Both the position numbers and the translations under genes were made by a program. This document shows, piece after piece, positions 1 through 10,248 of a stretch of 64,000 bases of DNA (its first letter is position 1; every line of letters begins with the position of its first letter). The notes beneath the pieces are model-generated. The model made no database searches and was not told the origin of the DNA. It was given only the letters and a program-made list of their open reading frames with translations. Origin of the DNA: an uncultured delta proteobacterium (lineage in GTDB: Bacteria; Desulfobacterota; Syntrophia; Syntrophales; UBA2192); assembly GCA_963828305.1 (NCBI GenBank), contig CAWHEJ010000009.1:16984-80983 (forward strand). Reading direction: 5' to 3'.

Positions 1-190
1 CCTGTGCCGGCCTGACGATATACTCGTCGTCGACGGTCACGAGCTTGAGCCCGTCTTTCCGGATCGCTTCCATGTGCGCGCCCCGTGCAAAAAAAATGAC
101 TTCATGCTCGCTCCTGCCGGTATACTTCAGGGCCAGTTTCCCGCCGTAGTATCCTCCCACGCCGCCGATTCCAATAATCCCGATCCTCAT
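1..190 (-). CDS. panE: Ketopantoate reductase (PanE/ApbA), 5' part; runs off the window
   Basis: Manual translation from ATG at 190 gives MRIGIIGIGGVGGYYGGKLA...VIFFARGAHMEAIRKDGLKL, with the Rossmann GxGxxG motif and the ARG.H...I...GL pattern of ApbA/PanE. Not in the ORF track. Confidence 0.85.
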   Translation of the reverse strand, partial: MRIGIIGIGGVGGYYGGKLALKYTGRSEHEVIFFARGAHMEAIRKDGLKLVTVDDEYIVRPAQ

Positions 191-424
191 CCCGTGCCTC
201 CGTTGATGTGCAGTTTATTCTGCTTCAATCTAGCATTTTTTCATCACCATTCCAACCTTCCATTATTCCAGGATCCCGGGCTGACAATCTCCTCGAGGGG
301 AAAAGGCGACAAAACGGATACGGCACCGGGGGCCGTGACGCGGCCCCCGGTACGGTTCATGGGATATTCTGGCAGGGAGAGGATCGTGAAATAAACGGAC
401 AGCCCCGTGACGAAGGGCCCTCGC

Positions 425-829
425 CTAGCCGCCCTTGGTAAGGAAACCCAGGTTCTCGATCTCTTCGAAGAGTTTTTCCCTCCGGACCGGCTTGACGACG
501 TAGCCGTCGCATCGGGCGTTGAAGGATTCCATGATCACGTCGGCATCGTTCATGGCCGTCGTCATGATCACCTTGACGCCTTTGTCGGGAGCGATGCCCC
601 GCTTCTCCTCCATGCTTCGGACGGTCTTGAGCACGTCGATGCCGTTCACCTCGGGCATCATGATGTCGAGAAACAGCAGATCGTAAGGCTTTTCCTCCTT
701 CAGCGCCGCTTCGAAGGCATCTATGGCCTCCCTGCCGTCGAAGGCAAGGTGGCAGAAGCAATCCGCCTCGAGAAATTTCTTCATCAGGCGGCTCCCGATG
801 AGATCATCTTCTACAATCAAAACGCGCAT
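425..829 (-). CDS. Single-domain response regulator (CheY-like receiver)
   Basis: VLIVEDD, LDIMMP (phospho-Asp), T and KP motifs. Confidence 0.9.
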   Translation of the reverse strand: MRVLIVEDDLIGSRLMKKFLEADCFCHLAFDGREAIDAFEAALKEEKPYDLLFLDIMMPEVNGIDVLKTVRSMEEKRGIAPDKGVKVIMTTAMNDADVIMESFNARCDGYVVKPVRREKLFEEIENLGFLTKGG

Positions 830-893
830 CGTTCACGTTCTCCGTTCGATTTGATTTGGCAGGGGATGTAAAGCTTCCCCGGCAGATATATTA

Positions 894-910
894 TGCAGAT
901 TTCTTGCCAG
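894..910 (-). promoter_or_regulatory. Putative sigma-54 -24/-12 promoter for the CheY-like gene
   Basis: Minus strand reads CTGGCAAGAAATCTGCA (GG-N10-GC), ~65 nt upstream of the start. Confidence 0.55.
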
Positions 911-1099
911 TACGGGCATGGACCCGACTCGAATAATAATCAATCTTTTCAAGGTAATAGGATTGGCCGGCCCGATGGACTCAAGGTATTTCGGCAGGAT
1001 GCCGATTAATCTTTAGAGGGAATTTAGAGGGAACCAGCCCGTCGCTGGCAGCGAATTTGCAACTTACCTTGAACGGGTTCTCTGAGAGAGGAGCAAGAG

Positions 1100-1246
1100 A
1101 TGCAGACCGTTTATCCACGATACACCCTGGCGGAGCGGATGGTTCTCGCGGTCATCGCGATCGTCACCTGGCCTGTCGAGCATTTTCTAGGCTGGGCTCG
1201 CCGCAAGGTTGTCGTCGATCTGATCCCTTCGTCCGACCGCCGCTAG
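1100..1246 (+). CDS. Putative 48-aa small membrane protein
   Basis: GAGGAG RBS, then MQTVYPRYTLAERMVLAVIAIVTWPVEHFLGWARRKVVVDLIPSSDRR; sigma-28-like TCAAG-N15-GCCGATTA at 981-1008. Confidence 0.4.
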   Translation: MQTVYPRYTLAERMVLAVIAIVTWPVEHFLGWARRKVVVDLIPSSDRR

Positions 1247-1353
1247 CCTGCAGTCAGGCGACCCCCCAAAAATCCCATCACCTTCCACCACGAAAAGAAG
1301 GGCGCCGTAAACCGGCGCCCTCTTCATTTCAACACTCTTCCGTTGAGATTTCC

Positions 1354-1797
1354 TCAGGCCTTGAGCTCCGAGGTGCACTGGGGGCAACGGGTGGCCTTCA
1401 GGGGGACCGCCGACAGGCAGAAGGGGCACTCCTTCGTCGTCGGAGCCGGTGCTTCCTCTTTCTTCAAACGGTTGATCTGCTTGATGAGCAGGAACACGGC
1501 AAAGGCCACGATGAGGAAGGTCACAATCGAGTTGATGAACAGGCCGTAATTCATGGTCACGGCCGTTGCCGCCTTGGCCTCCGCCAGCGTCGCGTAGGGC
1601 CCGGGTACCTTGCCCGCCTTGAGCACGAGGAAGAAATTGGCGAAATCGACGTTGCCCATCAGAAGTCCGATGGCCGGCATGAGGACATCGTCAACCAGTG
1701 ATTTTACGATGGTGCCGAAGGACGCGCCGATGATGATACCCACGGCCATGTCCACGACGTTTCCGCGCATTGCGAATTCTTTGAATTCCTTGATCAT
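1354..1797 (-). CDS. mscL: Large-conductance mechanosensitive channel with C-terminal CxxC..CxxC zinc ribbon
   Basis: [24 protein letters not shown] signature; C-terminal CPFC/CPQC. Confidence 0.95.
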   Translation of the reverse strand: MIKEFKEFAMRGNVVDMAVGIIIGASFGTIVKSLVDDVLMPAIGLLMGNVDFANFFLVLKAGKVPGPYATLAEAKAATAVTMNYGLFINSIVTFLIVAFAVFLLIKQINRLKKEEAPAPTTKECPFCLSAVPLKATRCPQCTSELKA

Positions 1798-1924
1798 GAA
1801 ACCTCCTCCTTTCATGTAAAAAACAGGCGTGTCGGGTTACACAAACGTTTCATGCATGGTCGCGCAAACCACCTGATATGTCAAGGCACCGTTGCCGGCT
1901 GCTGAACTCCTGGGTCAGCCGCCG

Positions 1925-4324
1925 TTAAAAACGGATACCCACCCCTGCTCCCCAGCCATAGGCGGAGTGCCACTGGCCGACGAGTGACATGTTCCGGTCG
2001 ATCCGGTAGGAAAGTCCCACGCGGCCTTCCCATTCATCATGGGTGTCGTACTCGACATGACCGACCAAGCGGAGGCGCGGCAGGAGTTCCAGGTGTTTGT
2101 CGAGGGAGACGCGCCCCCCCGCGTCGGTGTCCACCCAGACCCTGCACGAAATGTCGAGCGGCAACAGGTAGCGCAGGCCAAGGACGCCGCGCGCCTTCTC
2201 CATCGTGCCCTCCACGCCCTCCAGGTCGGCCCCGGCAAAAAGGCGCAGGAAGCCGTTGATATAGCGGCTCCATGTGAGGATCCCCTCCCACTCGGTTTTA
2301 TCTACATCCTGCCAGCCTGCCTCCCATTCGGCCCGGATGATGTTGCGCGTATCCGAAAGCACGAGCGCCCCCTCCGTCATGCTGCTCATCAGCTCCGCTT
2401 CACCATGGAAATACCATGACTCCTCATAGAGCCTGCTGCGCACGGCCGCCGTGTCCGCATCCGCGGTATAGCCCTCGTAGTGGACCAGTCGGGCCATGCC
2501 GCTGTGCATGTGGTAGAGCAGGTGGCAGTGGAAGAACCAGTCGCCGAACTCGTCGGCCTCGAACTCGATGACCGTCGTGGACATGGGGGCCACATCCACG
2601 GTGTGCTTTAGCGGGGCTCTGTCACCCTGCCCATTGAGGACGCGGAAGAAGTGGCCGTGCAGATGCATTGGGTGGTGCATCATCGTGCGGTTGATGAGGA
2701 TGAAGCGGACGACTTCGCCCCGGCGCACGAGGATGCGGTCCGTCTCCGACAGGGCCTTGTTGTCGAGGAACCACACATAGCGCTCCATGTCGCCGTCGAG
2801 GGTGAGGCGGATGTCTCGGACGGGCTTTCCGCCAGAAAAGGCCGTGGAATGAACGGAGCGAAGCTTATCATAAGGGGCCCACGGGCGGGCCTCCCCGCCT
2901 TCTTCGGCAAGGCTGTCCGAGGATGACGCATCGTTTGCCAGAATACCGAAACGCGAGCCGAACCGCCTGCCGTTCCGCAGCGACTCGTTGATCCGTTCCA
3001 CCCCGTGGGTGAGCTCGTGATCCCCCATGTGCACAACCGGGCCAAGGCCCCGGCTTGAGTGATCGTGAAGCTCCCCGGAAGCGGCCGCTACCTTTCCCGC
3101 GTGGCCGTCCATTTCGTGTCTGCCGCTCATCGGTGTCGTCTCATCGTGGTGCATGTGCTTCATCATACCGGGCTTGTCGAATTTCCCGGCTTCCACGGCT
3201 CGATCGGGCATGCCCATGGCACCGGCAGGTGTTAAAGAGAAGATTTGAGCAAGGCCGAGTTGCCCCATGGCCCTGTAAATGTTCGGCCGCGGCATGGTGG
3301 TAGCAGGGTGGCGCTCCCCCGAGCCAATCCAGATGGAGGCGAAGGCCGACCCATCGTGGGCCGTGGCCCTCAGCTCGTAGGCGCCCGCAGCGGGTACGCG
3401 TACGATCACGTCGTAGGTTTCCGCCACACCGATGAGAATCCGTCTCAGTTCGACGGGTTCCACGTCCTGCCCGTCGGCCGAGACAAGCGTCATCGGGCCG
3501 CCGGCATATTCCAGGTGGAAGTAGGTCGTCGCTGAGCCATCGATGATACGCACCCTCGCCGTCTCGCCGGGCTCTGCATCGATCATCGTCTCCGTTCTGC
3601 CATTGGCCAGAAAGCGGTCGTACGCCACATCGGAGATGTCCATGGCAGGCATGCGCATGAGCATGCCCGTGACGTAGTCGCCCAGCATGCCGAGGCGAAT
3701 GGCTCCCAGCAGGCTGTGCGCACTGCCCTTCTCGACAGCGTACCATTCGCTGCCGCGCTTGAGCTCGCGCTGGACGGCGTGGGGGTCCTCATCGGTCCAG
3801 TCTGAGAGAACGACGGCATGGTCCCGATCGGCGTGAACATGCCCGTGGCCCGGGTGGTGGTGCGGCTCAATGACGATGGCCCCATAGAGGCCCCTCTGCT
3901 CCTGCAGCTCGCTGTGGGAGTGGTACCAGTAGGTTCCGGCCTGGCGGATGGGAAATTCGTAGGTGAAGGTCGTCGCCGGGGCGATGGGTGGGAAGCTGAT
4001 ATAGGGCACACCGTCCATGCCCGGAGGCACGAGGATCCCGTGCCAGTGAATGGACGTGGGAACGCTCAGCCGGTTGTGCACGTGGATCCGGGCCCAGTCT
4101 CCTTCCCGGAAACGGAGCACCGGCCCCGGGATACCCCCGTTGACGGTGACGGCCCGAGCGGGCCTGCCGCTGTAATGGACGTCCTGCTCGGCGATCGTGA
4201 GGCTGTATTCGACCGTTTCCGCGCCGGCCACGGGACCTGCCATGACGATCAAAAAGGCCAGGGCAACAGAAACCGGACAACCGGCACGTTGGATCATAAA
4301 GCGGATAAGGGAAGGAAGAAACAT
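1925..4324 (-). CDS. Multicopper oxidase (PcoA-type) with a C-terminal outer-membrane beta-barrel-like domain
   Basis: HWHG, WYHSH, HPMHLHGH, HCHLLYHM copper motifs; His/Met-rich insert; amphipathic strands ending in terminal Phe. Confidence 0.9.
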   Translation of the reverse strand: MFLPSLIRFMIQRAGCPVSVALAFLIVMAGPVAGAETVEYSLTIAEQDVHYSGRPARAVTVNGGIPGPVLRFREGDWARIHVHNRLSVPTSIHWHGILVPPGMDGVPYISFPPIAPATTFTYEFPIRQAGTYWYHSHSELQEQRGLYGAIVIEPHHHPGHGHVHADRDHAVVLSDWTDEDPHAVQRELKRGSEWYAVEKGSAHSLLGAIRLGMLGDYVTGMLMRMPAMDISDVAYDRFLANGRTETMIDAEPGETARVRIIDGSATTYFHLEYAGGPMTLVSADGQDVEPVELRRILIGVAETYDVIVRVPAAGAYELRATAHDGSAFASIWIGSGERHPATTMPRPNIYRAMGQLGLAQIFSLTPAGAMGMPDRAVEAGKFDKPGMMKHMHHDETTPMSGRHEMDGHAGKVAAASGELHDHSSRGLGPVVHMGDHELTHGVERINESLRNGRRFGSRFGILANDASSSDSLAEEGGEARPWAPYDKLRSVHSTAFSGGKPVRDIRLTLDGDMERYVWFLDNKALSETDRILVRRGEVVRFILINRTMMHHPMHLHGHFFRVLNGQGDRAPLKHTVDVAPMSTTVIEFEADEFGDWFFHCHLLYHMHSGMARLVHYEGYTADADTAAVRSRLYEESWYFHGEAELMSSMTEGALVLSDTRNIIRAEWEAGWQDVDKTEWEGILTWSRYINGFLRLFAGADLEGVEGTMEKARGVLGLRYLLPLDISCRVWVDTDAGGRVSLDKHLELLPRLRLVGHVEYDTHDEWEGRVGLSYRIDRNMSLVGQWHSAYGWGAGVGIRF

Positions 4325-4484
4325 AAGCCCTCTCTGATGAGGACATGAGCAGTTGAATTCAAGGGGAGATCGCAGACATCCATGCCTATTGCATGGAAAG
4401 AATAACATTGATGCAAGCTATGCTCAAGACCCGACAGCTGCCATGCCAGGGTACAGTCCCCCTGCGCGAGACAAGATACCCGCG

Positions 4485-6714
4485 TCAAAGCTGCGCACTC
4501 TTCAGCCTGAGCGAGTTTCCGATAACGGACACCGAGCTGAAGCTCATGGCGGCGGCCGCGATGATGGGGCTGAGCAAAAGGCCGGAGACGGGGTAAAGAA
4601 CCCCGGCTGCAATGGGAACGCCCAGCGCATTGTAAACAAATGCGAAGAAGAGGTTCTGCTTGATGTTGCGCATCGTCGCCCTGCTCAACTTCCTCGCCCG
4701 CACGATCCCCCGCAGATCGCCTTTCACCAGGGTCACTCCCGCGCTTTTCATCGCCACATCGGTGCCTGTTCCCATGGCAATGCCCACGTGAGCTTGCGCC
4801 AGTGCCGGGGCGTCATTGATGCCGTCTCCTGCCATGGCCACAATCCTTCCCTCGCCTTGCAGCCGTTTAACCATCGCCGCCTTCTGGTCCGGCAGAACCT
4901 CGGCTATCACTTCGTCGATGCCGAGCTTTTTCCCGACGGCTTCAGCGGTCGTCCTGCTGTCTCCCGTGATCATAACGACCCGGATCCCTTCCCGATGGAG
5001 ATTATCGATCGCCTCGGCCGTCGTTGATTTGATCGGATCTGCCACGGCAAGGAGCCCTGCAATGTTCCCGTCCGCGGCGACAAACATGGCAGTCTGAGCC
5101 TCCTTGCGCATGGACTCCGCCTTGTCAGGAAAATCGCCCGGCGCAATTCCGAGTTCTTCCATGAGCCTGCGGTTTCCGAGGGCGAGCTTCCGGCCCTCGA
5201 TCATACCCGTAACCCCGCGCCCGGTCAGCGACTCAAAGGACTCTACCTTGGTCGGCAAGATACCCTTTTTTTTCGCACCGGCGACGATCGCTTCGGCCAG
5301 GGGATGCTCGCTTCCCACCTCAAGGCTTGCAGCGAGGTGAAGCAGCGTCTTCTCATCGAACTGCGCCGCAGGGACCACGTTGACCAGCTTCGGCTTTCCC
5401 TCCGTGAGCGTACCGGTTTTATCCGTGACAAGCGTATCGACAGCCTTCATCACCTCGATCGCCTCGGCATTCTTGAAGAGCACGCCTCCCGTTGCCCCCT
5501 TGCCCATGGCCACCATGATCGACATCGGAGTTGCCAGGCCAAGGGCGCAGGGGCAGGCGATGATCAGCACCGCAACCGCATTCACAAGTGCGTAGGCTAT
5601 ACGGGGCTCCGGCCCGATCCAGGCCCAGACCGCAAAGGTGAGAACCGCGATACCGACTATGGTCTGGACAAAGTATCCTGCAACGACATCCACCAGTTTC
5701 TGGATCGGCGCGCGGCTTCTCTGAGCCTCTGCAACCATGTGGACGATCTGCGCCAAAAGGGTCTCGGCTCCAACCTTCTCCGCTTTCATAATCAATGTGC
5801 CTTTACCGTTCACGGTGGCGCCGATGACCCGGTCGCCAACCTGCTTCGACACGGGAATGGGTTCCCCCGTGATCATGGATTCATCCACCGCGCTTGATCC
5901 CTCGGTCACCGCGCCATCGACGGGCACCTTTTCGCCGGGCCTGATCCTCAGGAGATCTCCTGCCTTGATCTGGTCCATCGGGACGTCCTCTTCGCTGCCA
6001 TCCCTTATCCTTCGGGCTGTTTTCGGGGCAAGTCCGAGCAGGGCCTTTATGGCAGCACCGGTTCGCGACCGTGCTCTCAATTCAAGCACCTGGCCGAGCA
6101 GCACGAGGGTGACAATGACCGCCGCCGCCTCAAAATACAATCCCACTTCACCGCTTTCACCACGGAACGACTTGGGGAAGAGGCCAGGGAACAATGCAGC
6201 CACAATGCTGTATAGGTACGCAAGGCCGACACCGAGACCGATCAGGGTGAACATATTGGGGTTCCAGGTGACTACCGACTGCCAGCCCCTGACAAAGAAG
6301 GGCCAGGCTCCCCAGAGAACGACCGGTGTGGCTAGAATAAGCTCCAGCCATTTCAGAAACTCAGGGGAGAGGAGACGATCGATGAACGAGAGCCCCGGAA
6401 TATGGTGACGCATGGCAAATAATGAACAAGGGGACCGTCAGCACGGCGCTGACCCGGAATCGTCGTGTCATGTCGATGAGCTCGGGATTTTCCTCCTCTT
6501 CTGCCGCTATTGTTTTCGGCTCGAGCGCCATCCCGCAGATCGGACAGCTGCCGGGGGCATCCCGAACAATTTCCGGATGCATCGGGCAGGTCCACTCCGT
6601 TTTGGTAACGGTGACAGAAGGAGCAAGGGGTTCGAGAGCCATTCCGCATTTCGGACAGGCTCCGGGTTCAGCCTCTCTGATTTCAGGGTGCATGGGACAG
6701 GTGTACATTTCCAT
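4485..6714 (-). CDS. copA: Copper-translocating P1B-type ATPase, split by one frameshift near 6417-6419
   Basis: Two TCPMHPE..CPxCGM metal-binding domains (6361-6714 frame), then TGE, CPC, DKTGTLT, HP, GDGIND (4485-6413 frame). Removing one base of a 3-nt run fuses them. Confidence 0.9.
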
Positions 6715-6792
6715 CGCCAGCCTTTTCTGTGAAATATGCGGTGTATCTCATCCGGTTCTTGTACCGATGGATGTCGGATGCACCTGGGCAAA

Positions 6793-7083
6793 TTAAGTGC
6801 CGGAAGACCACCCCACTTCAACGATACAGTTCTCGCCCCCATACTGGTTCCGGCAGCGGGTAGTGCAGCACGGGTCATCGGTCCAGATGCCGTCGACAAC
6901 GAACCGGTACTCGTATTTACCGGGCGAAAGGTAGAAAGTGACCATCCAGCTGCCGTTCGCCTCTTCTTTCAGGGGTCGGGTCGAAGGGTCCCAGTTGTTG
7001 AATGTGCCTGCCACGGCTACCTCGCGGGCGTTGGGTGCGTGGGCGTTGAAGGTGACTCGTTTCTTGCCAGGGTTGCGTGCCAT
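6793..7083 (-). CDS. Glycogen-binding CBM48/AMPK-beta-like single-domain protein
   Basis: VAVAGTFNNW...G.YEYRFVVDGIW..DP. Confidence 0.85.
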   Translation of the reverse strand: MARNPGKKRVTFNAHAPNAREVAVAGTFNNWDPSTRPLKEEANGSWMVTFYLSPGKYEYRFVVDGIWTDDPCCTTRCRNQYGGENCIVEVGWSSGT

Positions 7084-7155
7084 CTATCACCTCTATAGAG
7101 TCCAGTTGTACCTCTTCCCTGTTCCTCTCAATCCAGGCGAGTATTCTATGATGAT

Positions 7156-7569
7156 CTACTTCGTCTCGGTCGGGAAACCGGCTTTCAGCCATTCATCCCA
7201 GCCCCCTTTGAGGGCGTAAACATTCTTATAACCGAGTGAAATCATCTCCTGTGCCACACGGGCACTGGTTGCCTCATTGTGTCAGGCGCAATAGAGGACA
7301 ATCGTCTTGTCCTTTGGATACTTATCCACCCAGGATTTCACTTCCTGCTTGGGGTCTTCCCGGACGGCGCCCTTGATCATCATGGTACTTTTAGCCAGAT
7401 CGATGGGTTGACGGACATCGATGATGATTACATCCGGCTTGCCCAGCATCGCCTTGAGCTCTTCCTTGCTCATCCTGTCGACCTGCGCCGACGCGTCGGC
7501 GCCGGAAAGCAGCAACACTACCCCCACTATCAAAGCCATCCCGAAAACTGCGATCACCTTGAATCTCAT
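7156..7569 (-). CDS. Rhodanese-like selenoprotein with signal peptide (in-frame UGA at 7282-7284)
   Basis: IVLYCA-UGA-HNEATSARVAQEMISLGYKNVYALKGGWDEWLKAGFPTETK-TAG completes a rhodanese domain in frame; SECIS-like hairpin follows the UGA. Confidence 0.85.
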
Positions 7570-7670
7570 TGTTCGATACCTCCTTTTTCGACTATTTCAA
7601 CAGCTTAAAGAAGATCGTCATACCCGTGCTTCAAGATTCGTTTGAAAGGAGCCGAATTTGCACTTCAAGA

Positions 7671-8057
7671 TTATCTTGCATCGATGGTAAATTTCGCTGA
7701 TACCGTCTTTCCTTTATGGGTAATTTTAATGGTGAGATTCCAGGAACCGGACATTGGAAAATCGAGCATTGAATGGTAGGTTTTCCCTTGCAGCTGGGCT
7801 TCGGCATTGTAGTTCATTGCAGGCATTCCGGACATGGCCGGCATAGAATAATTCGCAACAACCTTCGCATCCGTCACGTAATTGCCTCCTGCATCCTTGA
7901 CGGTTATTTCCAGATCGTTCTTTCCTTTAACTGCGCTCTTATCCATGGAAAGCTCCACAGAATAGTCCCCTGCCTTCTTCTTCACTTCATAGGCCTTTGC
8001 GAAAACAACCCCGGCTGACAACAGCACGATCAAGGTAACTATCACGAATTTTTTCAC
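7671..8057 (-). CDS. FixH/YtkA-like periplasmic Ig-fold protein (Met-rich)
   Basis: Signal peptide; SMPAMSGMPAM; M.G.W; paralog at 19958-20347. Confidence 0.75.
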   Translation of the reverse strand: MKKFVIVTLIVLLSAGVVFAKAYEVKKKAGDYSVELSMDKSAVKGKNDLEITVKDAGGNYVTDAKVVANYSMPAMSGMPAMNYNAEAQLQGKTYHSMLDFPMSGSWNLTIKITHKGKTVSAKFTIDAR

Positions 8058-8103
8058 AGTTACGTACCTCCATCCATTTTCGATATGGAGTATTTATGTT
8101 TTT

Positions 8104-9075
8104 CTAATATGCGGAACTCATGCGGCCTGTTTTTTTATCGATGAAGATCTTGTCAACGAGGGCGTTGCTCTTCGTTACGACTTCCGCCTCGAAGGCATCT
8201 CCTTTGTCCTTGATCTTTCCAAGTTTCAGGTTGGGATTCCGGGTGGACTTGACGTAATTTTCCATCATAGCCTTGGCATCTTTCATTTCCAGAGGTTTTC
8301 CCGGCGCAGCATACGGTTGGTCGTAACCGTACCCACGACCTCCCATCATGCCTCCGCCCATGCCGGAGCCCTGCCCAGAGCCCATCATGCCTCCGCCCAT
8401 CATCCCAGGCCCCATGCCGGATCCGTAGCCTCCTCCCCGCATCATTCCCGGGCCCATGGTCCCGCCCATTTTCAGAGCATGTTCGAACATGACAAGATGA
8501 TTCCGGGTCTGAAGAAGAATGTTGTTGAGAATGCCCGCCGAATCGCGGTCACCGGCATTCTGAACGAGCCACTCGTAGCGGGGGATGAGGTCTCGCTCCA
8601 TCTTCACACAAAGTTCAAAAGCCTCCGTGACCGTCTTCGTCTCGGCCACCGGTCCGTGCTTCCCGTCTGCCGGCAGAGCATAAGCGGCAAAGAGCCCTTC
8701 GATGGCCCTGACGTGATCCTCTTCCTGGGGAATGACCATGTGGTAGGGCATGTAGGTGTTGTACTTCTCAGCGTCGGTCGTGTACTGAGCAAAGGAAAGC
8801 CGTTCCAGCGCCAGAACCTCCCGAAGTTTTTGCACCCACTCCTGGTTCTTCGGTGCCGGCAGCTTTGCAGGTACGTCCGGAGCGATATTGTATCCCATCG
8901 TCCCCGGCCCCATGCCATGGCCATATCCGCGGCCTCCCATCATGCCCCCGCCCATGCCGGGTCCTTGGCCCCAGGCGTGGTCATCCTGTAAGCCTGGGCC
9001 AAACTGGACCATATCGGGTATGCCAACCAAAAGGGACAGCAACACTGCAACCGTCATTAACAGATATTTTTTCAT
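8104..9075 (-). CDS. Exported Gly/Met-rich protein with a ferritin-like (DUF2202-like) core and PepSY-like C-terminus
   Basis: Signal peptide; GPGMMGGG repeats; EEDH and E...H helical motifs. Confidence 0.65.
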   Translation of the reverse strand: MKKYLLMTVAVLLSLLVGIPDMVQFGPGLQDDHAWGQGPGMGGGMMGGRGYGHGMGPGTMGYNIAPDVPAKLPAPKNQEWVQKLREVLALERLSFAQYTTDAEKYNTYMPYHMVIPQEEDHVRAIEGLFAAYALPADGKHGPVAETKTVTEAFELCVKMERDLIPRYEWLVQNAGDRDSAGILNNILLQTRNHLVMFEHALKMGGTMGPGMMRGGGYGSGMGPGMMGGGMMGSGQGSGMGGGMMGGRGYGYDQPYAAPGKPLEMKDAKAMMENYVKSTRNPNLKLGKIKDKGDAFEAEVVTKSNALVDKIFIDKKTGRMSSAY

Positions 9076-9233
9076 GGTACCCTCCTTGTCTGCTTTTATG
9101 TTTCGCTGAATGAGGAGTTGCGAAAGAGGTTGTGTCATCCCTCCCTTCGCATCACGCTTGTCAGGATCTTCAAGGGTGTTTCTATGCAGCTTTCAGTGCG
9201 ATCAGAGCATGGATCGGGCAAGCCCGCGAGAGG

Positions 9234-9596
9234 TTATTCGATCAGCCAGGCCTTCGCCTCAGGGATGTCATCGTTTCCGAAGATTTTGACGGGGCAGGAT
9301 ATGAACAGCGAGAAGAATTGAACAGCCCTCGGTATCCAGTCCGCGTCGGTGACGACCGCTATCTTTTCGAATGAGGTTCGATGACGTATACCAAGCCTGG
9401 CATCATCGAACATGGCCTCGGCGGTGAAGCCTGAGAAATCGCGGCTCAATTGATAGAATACGCGGATCTTCCCGTGTCTTTTCAGGCTGCTCTCCACAGC
9501 CGGGATCAGGACGTCGTCGTAATCCTTCCCGGAAATCTGCCCGCTTGCCCTGACTGCAACGACGTTATCCGGCATGTCCTGCATGATTTCCAACAT
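9234..9596 (-). CDS. SpoIIAA-like (STAS/SEC14) protein
   Basis: KIAVVTD..WI and C-terminal EAKAWL. Confidence 0.85.
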   Translation of the reverse strand: MLEIMQDMPDNVVAVRASGQISGKDYDDVLIPAVESSLKRHGKIRVFYQLSRDFSGFTAEAMFDDARLGIRHRTSFEKIAVVTDADWIPRAVQFFSLFISCPVKIFGNDDIPEAKAWLIE

Positions 9597-9679
9597 GAAA
9601 GGATCCTTTCCGCGGGTGAAAAGATTATTAAGACAACTGGCGCTTCAATAAGCCCGTGAAGGAAGCGCTCCGAAAGAAG

Positions 9680-9988
9680 TCACTCGGAGAGATCCTGCTT
9701 CAACCGATCGTATTCCTCTTTTGTGATCTCGCCCTTTGCATAACGCTTTTTCAATATCTCCAGCGGTGTCTCGCTGACGCTTCCCCGCCTCTGGGTCTGC
9801 ACGATAAAATAGATTGCAATAGCGACAACAATCACAAGGATCAGCCACATGAACCATCCTCCATATCCATAGTGCATCATCGGCCAGCCGCTTCCCGGCC
9901 CATGCATGGGTCCAGATCGATCGTCTCCTGCGCAGGAAAACAGAAAAGCGACAGAGAACAAAATGGTACGGTTCATTAATGTCTTCAT
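9680..9988 (-). CDS. SHOCT-domain membrane protein
   Basis: TM helix, then PLEILKKRYAKGEITKEEY. Confidence 0.85.
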   Translation of the reverse strand: MKTLMNRTILFSVAFLFSCAGDDRSGPMHGPGSGWPMMHYGYGGWFMWLILVIVVAIAIYFIVQTQRRGSVSETPLEILKKRYAKGEITKEEYDRLKQDLSE

Positions 9989-10248
9989 CGTGGTTCCTCC
10001 TGAATCAACGCAGACGAATGGAATCGGGATTTCGCGGATGAAACTTCTTATTACTAAAGCATCCTGACTCGATGCCTTCCATCATCTTTATCCCGATATT
10101 CCCTCATCCTTTCTATTATTTCACTTCATCCTTACGCAGATGAAGATATTGGAAACGGATCCGCACATCGAAAATGAATGGGATTGCGGCAAAGAAATAT
10201 CGGGAAGCAAAAGCGAGACAGAAGCAATCAAAAACAAGTGGGCAGCGA

